Source of the DNA: Catajapyx aquilonaris
Lineage: Eukaryota
DNA length: 64,000 nucleotides
Reading direction: 5' to 3'
Assembly: GCA_000934665.2 (NCBI GenBank)
Contig: KZ539112.1
Coordinates: forward strand, 1-64,000
A program made the position numbers and the translations under genes. Every line of letters starts with the position of its first letter. Position 1 is the first letter of the stretch. Under the pieces are notes generated by a model, which saw only the letters and a program-made list of their open reading frames with translations, was not told the origin of the DNA and did not search any database. This document shows positions 34,801 to 48,074 of this stretch, piece by piece.

Positions 34801-37800
34801 ACGACGACGACCACCACCATCGGCCCGTGGCTCATAAGGCGCATTCCTGGCCGTGTCCCGCCTGACTCAGCCCCGTTCATTTGATCGCTCTTTATTAAGC
34901 CCATTGAGCGACAATTAAGCGGGGTGTACGGCGCGTGCTGTTTCCCATGACGTCAGGTGGCCAGGAATGGACAAGTGACGACACCTCCTGGAGACAATCA
35001 GGGTTCGGTGTGGGCTTCTAGGCCCTTGAGCGGACACTGGACGGGTGGGTCTATAGGAGCCTATAGGGTGGGTGGGGTTTGTAGAAGCGCGAGAGTCGAG
35101 GCGCGCCGAAATCAATGCTATGCTTCTCTGCTCGGTATTCGCGGCACGGAATCCGGGGGTGGATCCGGCGGATCCGGGTGCTGCTAGGGCTGGGGGATGT
35201 ACTGTACTATCACCCATCCTCCTATCTGACCTTTCACCTACAGGGTACTCCTCTAATCAGTGCGTTCCTTCAACTGTCACACATATTCCAACAAAGTGAC
35301 CAGCCTGGCAACACGTAGCCTCCCCCTGGGCGCCAGTTAATTTTACAAGCCTTTCCCCCCGCTAAAAGGCACTTGGCGAGAGATTATCCCGGCGGTTATA
35401 GCAGCGCCATCACGACCAGGAGGGTTTTTAGCGCCACTTTGGGTTCCTCTCGCAGTTTTTAGCTCCATGAATCAGGGGCGTCGATAAATTTGGAGCTAAT
35501 TTTAGAAATGACAACTGATACCGGGTTTCGTACTTTGTCAGAAGTGCCGGTTGGGAGTAATGATTTTGCACTACTGAAGACCATAAAATGAGTTTGTACG
35601 GTGCCTGTCCGGGGTCCAATTGGTACTCCGACCGCGTCCCAGCTCCTATCGATTTGCCAGTTGCGGAGAGTAGAAGGACCAACATTTACTACCCACCACC
35701 ACCACCCTACCCCTTCAAAAACGGCTTACCTACTTCTAAGAACAGAAAAAAAAGACCAGGGGGCTGTGACAAGAGACCCAAATCCCACAAGTACTCGATT
35801 TGCAAGCGGCTCTAATCTGAGGATAGAGATAGAGATTAGCGCGAGCTGATCCGTGAAGAGGGTGCTTCAGGGGCAAAGGGTGGGGCGGAGGAGGGGCTGA
35901 CTACCATAAAAGCTCAAAGTCCCGCCACCGCTTCAAAATCCTGGCCGCCACTCCGCAAATGGGACCGCCAAAGCCTTCTGTCCAAAGCCCTCCAATTGCA
36001 AGTCGATGATCATTTTGCCCCCCTTGCGCCATCATCCCATCACCCCCTACTAGACTACTAATCCTCCCCCTAGGAAGTCAGTCCCGGGATAAATCCCGTG
36101 CTAAGTCCGCATTACCACAAGGCCTATACACCCAGCTCGTTGCACCGTAAAGTCAGTTTAGTGTCAAAAACTGACAACGCGAGATGGTCCCTACGTGTCA
36201 TTTATAACCTAAATTACAATATAATATTTATTGAAAAAATGGATAGAATAGGGTCATTCCGATGCATGGATACAACCGGGCTCATTACTGTTAAGGCTGC
36301 GGATTTGTACATGCGCAAGGGTAAAAACAGGTGCTGGCGTCACCGGTCGGGCTCATTAAGTATTAGGCCTATACTCCGAAGCAAGAAATACAGGATGGGT
36401 ATGCACATCACACTGTGCATTTTAATACTTGTAGCGTGTATAACCAGGCTATAACGTGGGTTGGAAGCTGTAATTTTCTCGATATTTTGCATATGGTAAC
36501 TTGCTGTACTATACAATGACGACAGATTCCATTTGAGAGAATTGAGAAGGATCACTTTCCTCCTAAAAGGAGTTATCATTTGGCGGAAAGAGGAGCCGCA
36601 ACTCTTAGAGTCCATACCGGGCGAATGTCCCCTCGGAATGACAATGCCATTAGAGCCTCTCCAACTTATACCTTTTGTGCGTGTCCCCGTAGTAAAGTGC
36701 TAAGTTGACGCTGGCCATGCGCAACGGTTTTCCGAGAGAACCCGAACGAATTCTCAAATCTGTGGTTGGGCAAGGAAGAGCACGTTCGGCTATGCGGTGA
36801 GCTTAATCGGCAATATGTCCGTTATCGCTGGCCACGAGTAAAAAAACGGACGAAGCCCTGGTGTGTCGTGAGAGCCCACTTCATTCCGCACCAATTCAAC
36901 TTTGCTATGCGATACGCCGACTCCCCATTCTTCTGCTGCCCGCTCATAGAAAAAGGAAACTGTCACCACCTTTACCGCAACTGCCGAGAAAAATATCTGG
37001 TCACTTTCAACTACAAAAAATGTACTTTTGCAGTTTAAAAAAAACTCATAGTGTGATATAAATTTTTCGACATATATTCTTTGTTTACTTCATTTTTTTT
37101 GTCCTGAGAGCTGAATGAATGATAGGTCTCGCAGCAGTGGACATGTGGCAAATGAAGGGCAACACGCTAGGTTAATGAAAGGGTTAATTGGCGAAATGTG
37201 CGGTCGCGAGTCCTTGGCAATTGTGGTGCCAATTAAGGCGATTGCAGGCGAGAGGAAGAGGCAACCCCTAGCAACCTCCACCCCCTCGCACCAGGAATGG
37301 GGCATATAGGCTATGGACTAAAAGGCCTGGGGTGTGTGGGGGAGGTTCGGGTAAAACTCGATTATTTCCTGGGTTTATTTCCTTAAGAGGAGAGGCCTCG
37401 TTAGGGAAGAGGCCTTCGCGCGGAGGCCGCTTTTATGGTGTTTCGATGTCTGCGGAGCGCCGGCCCCGGATCTCTTTACGACCCATCCGCCCCTTCCCGA
37501 ACTGCACTAATTTCTTTTTAGCTCCCCGCAACACGCCGCATTTATTCGCGGATTACGCCCTCGGATCCATCTCCTAATGGCTCCCGGGCTTTATATGGCC
37601 AATGTGGCTCTGCTTCTGCCAACATGCCGTTGCTTCCGCTCAAGCTCATGCCGAGAAGCAGAAGAGGGGTGGGTGGGTGGATAGAAACCTCGAAAAAAAA
37701 AAAAGTAATCCGCAAACGAATTCTCCTCGCCTCCTTTTTCCATCCCCCCACCCCCCTTCCTCCCTAGAGTCCCTCCTTAAGTGCAAAGCCTTGTATAGTT

Positions 37801-38007
37801 GCCGCCCAAATCCTCCGGCCCCCAAAAACCCAAACCCAAAGCGAAAAATGCTCTCGGCCACAAACCGCCAAGCCTCTCCGGATCGAAAGAGCCTAAAATC
37901 CAGGCCCCACTGACGTCACCCGGCCACAAACGACGTCCGAAAAGAGGGCCGCAAATGCCACTTAAATGAAACAAAATTATCCCGCAATTCTCTAAAAAAA
38001 ACCAGTA

Positions 38008-38248
38008 AGCTCAAATTTGAAGAAAAAAAATTTTGAAATAGGAGAAAAAAATTCAGCTCAAATTGAGGGAAAAAATAGTGAGTTCAAATTTGAGGATAAT
38101 ATTGTCCTCATATTTGAGGATAATATTGTCCTCATATTTGAGGGGGAAAATGGCGAGTTCAAATTTGAGAGAAAAATTGAGCTTATATTTGAGGACAATA
38201 TTGTCCTCAAATTTTGAGGGAAAAAATGGCGAGTCGAATTTTGACTCC
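38008..38248. repeat. Degenerate ~24-28 bp palindromic minisatellite, about 10 units
   Basis: Recurring core (C/T)TCA(A/T)ATTTGAG with A-rich or GATAATATTGTC linkers. Includes a perfect 26-bp palindrome at 38187-38212. Confidence 0.85.
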
Positions 38249-41200
38249 AAAAAAATAGTTAGATGGAATTTTTTGGAAAAAATTAGATGGGGTGGAGGCG
38301 ACATTAGCATAGTGTGTAAGGCGCAAAAGGGCGAGTCATTAGTTGGGTGAGGAAAAATGAGGAAGGCATTCACACTTGGTGAGCGCGGCGGGAAAAGGCC
38401 GCTGGGAACCTCTTCCTCTGCGGCCACACGCATTTGCATCAGAAAGCGACAACTACCAGCCACGTTTTGTCTCTGTCCGCCTCTGCTCACTCAGCTCATT
38501 CTTGTAGAGTGCAACCGACCAACCTGCATTAAGACTACTGCCACCATCTGCATACGCATGGGTTGAAAAAAATTGGGGAAAAAAGAAATGCTGGGAAGTA
38601 GCATGGATGTTAGTCATCACCATATGTCAACTCCTTCATGCATTGGATTCGGTTGTCCCATGCAGGCCCAACTACCTGCGAATGACTCGACCAAAAAACT
38701 TAAAGGTAGACCTCTGATCGGATTCAGGCCAGTTCGCCTCAATCCAAACCCATCCATCCGTCGGCCTAAATGACACATGCCGGCCGGACTCAAAACAGGT
38801 TCCCTTCCGCTACATAGCCAAAAAAGACATGGGGGGGGGGGATCACCCTTTTAAAAAACTGGACCGGCCTTTCTTGCTGACTGACTCAATTTTAATGTGC
38901 GTCAACAATCTGCTGCCTATCTGGTATCTTCTGTCCTGGCACCTCTCCACACTTTCTCTTCACCGCGGTGCACACACAAATTCCCGGCATTTTTGAGGCT
39001 AAACCGCGCTAATTTGTAGTGCCCACGGTTGTACGTGGTGGTATGCAACTCGCCCCGTAATGTTTAGAAATTAGGAATAATTGGAAGCTGAAATTTATAA
39101 ATTGTGCCAAATTGTTTTGAGCGGTTTTATGTCATACCTGAGTGAGTTTCACTCCTGCCACACTTGTGTGAGAGAAATTATTTCAACTGTCAGTAAGTTC
39201 ATCAAATCGACAATAAATTAATGTGTTCATAAATTGAAACAATTTTAAAACGTGGAGTGCAGATGGTAAATCCGTTGCAATGCATGAGTGTGTGAGTCCT
39301 GGCAGCACAAGTGAATAGTAGAAAACCGTTGTGGTGCTGTTGGCATATGCAAAATGAAACAAACACTTGCTGTCAGGCTCAGCCAAGCGAAGGTCCATCC
39401 AGTGCCATTCTCTTCTCTTTTTCTCTCTCTCTCTCTCTCTCGGATAGTCAGAGTGCATGGTGGGGATGAGAGAGCAGCAGCAGGGGAAAAGAAGAAATAG
39501 CCAGAAGAAAGGTAACGTAATCTCCGATGGGGTTAGCCTGGTGTCGGAGGGGAAGTGCAGGTGATAAGATGGATGTCGGTGGGGGCCAGTTGAATGCGTC
39601 GGGGGTCCGCTGATGCTGCTTTGCATACCTCCCCTCCTCAGGCATGGCCTAAGACAAAAGGCGTTGGGAAGGTTCCCAGGGTGGCCCTAGACAGTCTAAT
39701 CTCCCTCCCCCTCGGACAAGGGCCAGCACCTGCCCCTCCCCCTGGCTGGCGGCCCCCTCTGAGTCTCTCCTACTTCTTCTTGATATTCCCAGGGCCATTA
39801 ACGTCTTGAGGCCCGCTCCCTATTGGCCCCAGGCTGGCGGGCATTGGTGGCATGCAAATCCACCCCCAGCCCGCATTCGCATGCAGATCAGCAGGCAAGC
39901 CCCGCTTCGGCTAATCCGCCACTGTTTGAATGCCCAGATTAATTACGCCCGCTCCTTTTTACGCGCAGGCCCAGATTACGTGCCTGCCGGGTCCGACCGG
40001 CAAAAACCGCCAGCCCCATCCATCCGTCCATTCAATCCATTCAACATCACCATATGCCCTGCCTGTGCACCACTAGGAAAAAGAGGCCGCAAAGTGCAAC
40101 CGACTCCCTGGCTGATGCTGCTGCACTGCTCAATATTACGTATGTGAAGCACGTAGACTGGCCTACAGCACTGGTTCGTTCATACTCCTATCCAGAAGCA
40201 GCCACCCCGTGCTCTGAATGCCTTGCTAGCCATCATCCATTCTGCAGTCTCCGTGACCAATTTCCTTTCGACACCTGGGCCTTCATCAGGTGCCAAGCAC
40301 AGCCACAGAACAAGAAGGATGTAGGTAGGTTGGTAGGTACACACTGCACGGCCTGGGTACAGGGGCGGAATCCCAAAAAAATTTAAAATAAAAAAAAATT
40401 AGGTAGGGAAGGGGGGGGGGGGGGNNGAGCAGGGAGGAAGAGCCGTGGAGCCCCCAATTACCGCACACTGAAGCCTCTCAAAGGGCTGCCGAGTCCATCG
40501 TGTCCCATTCGACACGCCGCAGCCGACTTCGGCAAAAAATTCTGGCCCCGATGCCAACCAAAGCCTCTGTTGCCCAGGCTGCTGGGATGCATCTAGCTAA
40601 TCAACCGCATCTTGGATCTACCTGCTTTTTCGGACCAGAACTGCCCATCGACTATATATACTGGAGGGGCGGAAAAAAATCGCGGCACACAAAGAGGACC
40701 TGTGTAAGCTTACATGCACACCATTGGCTAGGTGCCAACATCATTCTTCTCCATCCGGGACACCATCACACGTATACACAAAAAAATGAGCATCAGCTTT
40801 GACGCACCGTGTAATTGTGCGACATTGCTACACCTAGAGGTCTAAGGCCTTACGGTAGCGGTAACGGAGTGAAAAATTCCTCGACGATCATTTCCTCTAC
40901 AGCGAGCAGGCACGTTTTTGGATGAGGTCGTCAGGTTCCTGACTGAAAAATGCACTATTGTCGCGCATTATTTTTTTCCATGTACAATGAAACGCTCCCA
41001 CTCACAATGTGCTTTCATTCTGTATGGCAATGCGCGCAATTCTTACGAGCCATTCACTAATGGCAATTAAGCGACGTCTTGAAAAGGAAGTGAAATTAAT
41101 GAGCCTAGACTAATGAAAGCACTTCTTTCGCGGTAACATGTCTGTTACCTGCCAAAATATCAACAGCAGTAGCGATCAGAGAGGAAACTTATGTGTGAGG

Positions 41201-44200
41201 CATTAAAATGATTGTCCTTCAGTGTCAAGTGGCAGGGTTGTCCCTGGCGGTGCATTGTGTGGTAGCAGGACAAGGAGGATGATCCTGGGGCATGGTGCAG
41301 CATCCGTTGGTGGCGCAGCAACCCCCCACCGCGAGGTAGGCCTAGGTGAAAAAGGTGGGTCCCCTTCTTCCCTTTGATGATGAATAGCCTTTGGTAGAAA
41401 AGCCGGAATGTAGCGATCCGGACGCCCATCTCGTTAGGCTCGTGCCTCCTTCGCTCGTCCGAATCTCCTTCCTGAGTCGCGGCTTCACCCTTGACGTCAT
41501 CCCCTCGCAACGCCTCAAGACTGCTAATTAACCCTTGCATGCCAATTACATTCCCACGGCCCTCTTGTTTCTATGTGCAACAGCTCCCAGCCTGTGTCAA
41601 GTAGGATGCTAGTACCGCCCATATCTGCCACTCGTCCCTATCCCAAATGAACTTCGGTCAATCAATCTACTAATCAATCGATGCGCCGCCTGTCATCACC
41701 TCCCTCACACCTTGTCGCTTTATTACCATGTTAATGCACGCGCCCATTCATTTCCAGCACGCGACGCGCATCCTAATCGACGTGTCATTTCGACTCGCTT
41801 CTCGCCAAACATTTGCATCTGCTGGCTATGCCGTGCACTCATCTGCACCTAACTTAAATAACCCGAGCCTGCTGAGTTCATGCAAATATTCATGGGGTCA
41901 TTTCCAGCTATTTATTATTTTTTTACGCTATAGCTACATTGAACTATTGGCTACTTTCAGGCCAACAAGTGCACTGTATAAGTACCCGTGCAGATGCCTA
42001 TCCCTTTTTTCCTCCCCCCCGCTTTCACTTTGTTCATTAGCAATTTGGTCATCAGCCCCTAAAAGAGCAGCTGTGAGCATCCGAGGGAACCTTGCGCCTA
42101 GAGGCTCGTAAATTTACCGCGCATGACGTCATCCCGTCCACCGTTGCCACTCATCCAGCCAAACCGTCCCGAATAATGACACCACTTCTCCCCCGCACCA
42201 TTAAGTCCCCCTCCAGCCCTGAAAATGGGTGCAAGGCCGCACACATCACGAGCCAATATTCTCATCCCCCTCCTCTACCTAAGTCGACCGGGTTAATGAG
42301 CAATGACGCCTGCATCATGTTTCGGCTCCAAAGCCCCGGATTATTTCGACAGAGGGAGTGACAGGGACACCTCTTCCCCTATACCAAAGAAGGCACCGCG
42401 ATTTGAGCTCGGGTAATTACTGCCTCACATACTTCTTAATTATCGTCACGGTTATTTCCGAGTGGTCGACCAGTAAAAGAGATTGGGAAAGTGAGGGAGC
42501 CATGACTCAGGTGGGAATTGCCGTTGGGACCCCTGCACACTTAGGCTAGCTCCATTATTCGTCGTCTGCTTATATCACACCAGATTTGTACCGGGGAACT
42601 TGGACGTCTGATGTCTTCCAAGCGGGTCCGGCAGGTGAGCCCAGAGAATAGGGAGAAAGAAAGGCCGTAAATTGGTGTGGTCAGTAAAAAGTAATTGGGT
42701 TGGTGGGGAGGTGTATTGGTGGGGAGGGTATAAAACCCGGCGGGCCTGTGGCTCATGGCCCGATGAATCTTTTATCAAGCAATAACCGGCTGAGCCATGG
42801 CTTCTGGCTCCCGTTGGCCAAAAATTGATCACTTGCCTCGCTTTTGCAACAGTCTGGGGAGTCGTAAGGGACCCTGCCTCGCCACCTGCGTTTTTTTTTT
42901 CTCTCCCCCCTCCCCCCTACCATCCCCCACCCTCCCATGGCCCCAGCATCAACACGCCAGCACATACACCTTTACTTCCAGTCTCTGGAAAGTGCGCCCT
43001 TATCCAGCCCACAACCCAAAGAATGTCCATTCTCAGGCTTCTTAGAAAGAGGAAGAAGGCGCCAGCTTGGATGACCTTTCTTCGCCGATTCACGTCACCG
43101 TCCTGTTCTTCCAGTTTCTCCTGGGCCCCCCCCTTCAAGTCCACCACAACTCGCATCGTGTTTACGACACACGCTCCTGCCAGCAATTTCTACTATTATA
43201 ACCTACACATTTTTTTTTAAAAAAAAGAAAATGTATATAAAAAAAATCCTGTGGGGTTCAATCTTTTGGAATATGACAAGAGGGGAATGGATAGCAGCAG
43301 CTTCGAAGTCAGCGACCCTCGAAATGGAAATGCTGTTGGTGCCCGCTGCGAGCCATCAGCCGCCTTATTGGAATTTGTAATCCGCGCCCAATTAGCATAC
43401 GTCACGCCGATTCATAACTTATTCCCAGAGCCCTCGACATCAGGTAAGCATGAGGTTTTTACACCGTGCCTGCACAAGGACGCATCAGGAATGTCTTCCA
43501 AGTATATTTTTTTTCTTTCTTTTCTTTTCTTCTAGTCCCGCCGGCGTCCCACCAATTGGTCCCATTTGTCGAGGAGGACAAAATAAACCCAACCGAAGGG
43601 GGGTCCAAATCAAAAGTGCTTCCACCCCAGTGTAGAAAAATTTACAGCGCTGTGGGGCCCTAATGAAACTAAGACTCTTTCTTTCATTAGTTTAGGAGCA
43701 GGCAATATGGCTCCGGAAGCTTTAAAATCCTGCTGGCAATCCTCTGCAACAAGGACAAATGACCCGGAAACCCCCCTCCCTCCCCTCCTTCCCTGTTCAC
43801 TCATTCCCTAGCCCCTTTTCTTCTGTCGGGTCTGTTACACATTCTCATTCGCAGTGTAACCCCTTTCCTATTACATTCATTTGACGATGGAACCCTGCTC
43901 AGTAGCTTAAATGACAATGCAAATCACAGAGGTAAACCGATGTTATATGCTTATTGTACAGGAATGTCTGCTTGCCCAGTACATGTTCTAGGCCTGTAAT
44001 TACTGAATCATGGAGGTAGTCATGAATTATTTAGACATCAGAGTCGATCGTTTTTGCTCGTCAGTTATTAGTTTTTTGTTGCTTTTTTTTTGAAACCGGT
44101 GCGATTTTTATATATCTCTTGACCGGCAGATGTGCGGAGAGCGTAATTCTCGGTATAGGACCAATAACCTCTTCTTTAAAAAAGCGATACACTCGCGATG

Positions 44201-47200
44201 AATGTATATTTTCGCATGAATATTCCGCCAGCTTAGCCACCATCAACAGGCAGCGATTATGCGAGTATTTGTAATTCTGAGACTCCTTGTGGTAACTGTT
44301 CATACTTTAAATATAAATTATAAAAATTGCTTAGAAACATTGTTTATATGAACAATTCAGAAGTGTATAGGCTATACGAGTCGGTGAGAATGAAAAGAGC
44401 CAAAGTCCACGCTACTCAACTTTACAGAAGAGGCAAAAAAAAAACCTATTTCACGCTAAAGGATGGACGCGGTTCAGTTGTTTCCAAACTTTCCACGCAA
44501 TTTTTTTCTGTAAAATTTACCTTCAGATCTGGTCACCTGGTGCTTTCTTCAGAACATTTTAGAAGCAATTTAGGTTGCCTGATTCGAGCTCTTTTCCTCC
44601 ACCTTTCTTAATGTGGATGTTTCCATGGGATCTAACGTGAATGAGGACATATCATATTATTTGCTTATGACATATCATTAGCAGAACATTTACCAACTAA
44701 TATCTGCATTTTGAAAAAAAGTTAGACTTGGCCTCTTCATTCTCACAGACCCATAGGGCGTAACAATTGAAATGATGCTAGTCGTTAGCGATTCTTGGCG
44801 CGAACCTACTTATTTTTAAATTTAATTTTGCATAGTTACGTTTAGTGGTTATCAAAAGTATTAGCTGCAAATATTGTGTTGATCCATCCTTTTTAAAGAC
44901 ATCCCGACATGATATGTGACAGTATATAAATTCCCACTTAGCCAATATCCCATATCATCCCCAAACAATTTTTCCGCGAATTTTCACTGTGAAAAAATAA
45001 GCTTCCAACCCCCTTAAATATATCAAGCTGACCCTGCGAGTATACAAAACGCAAATGAAGCCAAAATGTCATCAACCGATGCTGAAAACCAATACTCTTG
45101 GGCTTAGTTTCTATTTGAAAAAAGGGAAATGAAATGGAGGGGACAAGGGGAGGAGTGGGAAGGTGTGGGGATGGTCGCCCGCTCAGTGCATCAGCTTATG
45201 ATGTGGTAATAAACATTTTATGTGCGCCATAAGGGATGTAGGGGAGGGGGGGGGGTACCTTAAAGCGGGATAACGTGCAGAGGCAGACAAACGACGCTTC
45301 CTATCCATCACAATGTGCTGCCAATGAATATAATATAAAGCGTGACCGTCGTAAAGGCAGGCTAGTGCTCCAGACTTTTCCTTAGGTCGCAACCATACTC
45401 CCCCCAAAAAGAAAGAAAGAAAAAAAGGTATTTCTTTGGAAGAAATTTAATTAAAAAGGCACCCGGACAGGAGCCAATCGTACTTTTTCATTTTTGCCTC
45501 CCTGTTTATGATTCGCGCACTAAATTAGCCTTCTCTATAGGCTCCTTTTTAATTATCTGACAATTAGGCCAGTATTTAAGTCGTAAATCGCCTTAATTAA
45601 AAATGCCGGGGCGGGACAGGCAGCCCCTTCCCACCGATTGCCAGCCATTTGCATGCCGACAGCCGGCCCTCGCCTTCTTCATAAGCCCAGCACTTGCACA
45701 CTTGTAATTAAAATCTTGGCCCACCTCGTTTTTTACTCTCTTCTGGCCCCTAAACCTCCTTTACTTGCTAGGTCTGGCAAGGCAAACAATTCCAGCACCG
45801 CCAGTTCCAATGATAAGGTGATGGGCAACATGTAGTGACATAGGTAGGGCAACAGGTGGGAGTGGAGAACAAGGAAGGGCGGGCGGTCAGCAGCTCAAGG
45901 TGCGTGTGTAGGGCCGCGGCTGGCGAGTTGTGAACAGGCCTCCCCTAACCCACCCTCTTGATGCAAATTATCAATGGGTTCGAGCCCCCGGGCCCGATCA
46001 TTTTTCGGCGACCACCTCTCAAGAAAACGAGCTGCAAATTGCTGCCTTTTGGGCTCTTATCAGCCACGCGAGAGAGTAGCAGGCCCGCAGGCACGTGAGC
46101 TCTTCATTACATGCNGGGGGGGGAAATGCCGGTCATAAATCTGCTGGTCCGGCCTTATGCATCTGCAAGCAGGAGAGCCTGCTTCCGATATATATACATG
46201 GCAGCATCCCCCAGAGAGACCCTAGGGAAGCATCCCTCATGCCAACCCGTAGCCTTTTAATTTTAAACACGCCGCCGCCTTCCTTCTTCCTCCTTTCCGG
46301 TTGCCTTCTTTTTCGCCCCAGACTACTGAAATAGTCATCAGGTGGCGCCCGGGAATTGCCCCGCATTCAACCCACAACCCGAAACCACCACCGGAGACTC
46401 ACTCACTCCGGGGAGGGCCCCTACAGCCATCCAATGCCATGCAAATCCCATTCCATTTCAACCAGGGCATTCCCCACCCTCCAGCCCTACAGATATATCT
46501 ATATACACACACAACGTCTATATGATTTTCCGTACCACTCTCAGCACTCATTCACTCTACCCTTGGCTATAACCTGGGATTTGCTCCTGTTTGATCAGCG
46601 CCGTATATCGATCCAGATTCGTATGCACAGACTTCCTGGGGTGTCATTCATATCTGCGACACTCCATTTGTGCGGACACACACGAAGCGCTAGTTAACAT
46701 TATCGTGGCTGGAAATGGTGCCAAATACTGACGCACGTTGATCCGGACAAGTGACCTGGACGTTGTAATTACCGAGCAGAATAGGGGAATAAATAGGAGG
46801 TGGGGGGGGAGACTTAATGGCTGTGTCATCGGTGTGAGGCTGAGGGTCCTGCGATGGGCTGGGGGAATGGCAATGTCCCGGTCATTAGGGGGGGGGGGGG
46901 GAACTCCGCTGGGCATTGCTGCACTACCAAATATAGTTGAATGGGGGGAAAGAGACAAGTCGGACGCATCCTTGCATCTGTTGGTCTCCGAGCAAAGAGC
47001 CTCAAGCTGCTACTAGTGGTATCATAGAGCGGAATCCGACCAGGAGGGATGGACCATCGGAAAATCATCAGTCGCAGGCGGGCTGACCTTTATTAAGGCT
47101 GCCCTAGGCCGAATAGCCGCCGCTCCGCCACTTTAATAAAGTCCCAGACCAAGGAAGGTGCATGGATTGTCCCCGATTGTCCCCATCCATCTCCTTCCCC

Positions 47201-48038
47201 CTAGCATGCTGGAACGCGAGCCCATAAAACTCGAGTCTATGCTGTTGTATAGGGTCGAGGGGGAAGATTGGGAGAATTATCTGCATTGAGAGGAGGGGGT
47301 CTATTCCCCTCCACCCACATCAAATACTTTTTTTTTCTTCCTTCCGTCCACTTGATTAAGAGGAAAAAAAACCGGGAGCTGATTTGCATCCCACAATATC
47401 ACCTGCTGTCTAAGCCCTCCTTTCTGGTGTCCTGGCCCCGCAGATGACCCCGGGAATGGCCCGACCCATCGTACCATCCCGGCTGCACAGGCATCAATCC
47501 CCTCGTTTCACCCCCCAAGATGTGCCCAGGGACACCTTCAGCCCTGCTTCTCATCTCCCGCCAGCCTCATGTCCGCTATACACATTACCCCCGCAGCTTC
47601 CAGCTCGCATTAGATCCAAGAAAAGATCGGAAGCCGCCAATCAAATCGGAGGCCCGTTGCCTGCAGTGCTGCAGTGCGGAAGAGAAAAAAAATGGAGGCA
47701 AAAAGCAGTGTTTGGGGGCAATTCCGGCCCCCATCCTTGGCCTGCTCCCTCCGAAATAAATAAAGCCCAATGGTAAGGGTAGGCACGCAACCGGCTACCG
47801 CAAGCCTCCTTATCAAATCAAAGGCAACGGGACCAGTCTCCGTGAGGAAGCCATCAGTTTACAATAATTATTGGGACACGCACGCTGATCCCCCATGCAA
47901 ACGGACCACGGTGCCAAACGCAGCTTCGGCGCCATCAGGAGAAGACAAGACCGCACCCCGCATTCTTTCTATCAGGCTGGCTGGCGGCTCTTGCTGGCTA
48001 GGTTGGTAGGTGGGTGGCTGCCAGGGTGGTGGGGGACC

Positions 48039-48074
48039 AAGAAGAAGAAGAAGAAGAAGAAGCAGAAGAAGAAG
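48039..48074. repeat. (AAG)n microsatellite, one interruption
   Basis: Read directly. Confidence 0.85.

Noticed and set aside
38008..38248. CRISPR-like look of the palindromic repeat array
   Set aside because: Linkers are short and themselves repeated rather than unique spacers; no cas genes; eukaryotic intron-containing context.
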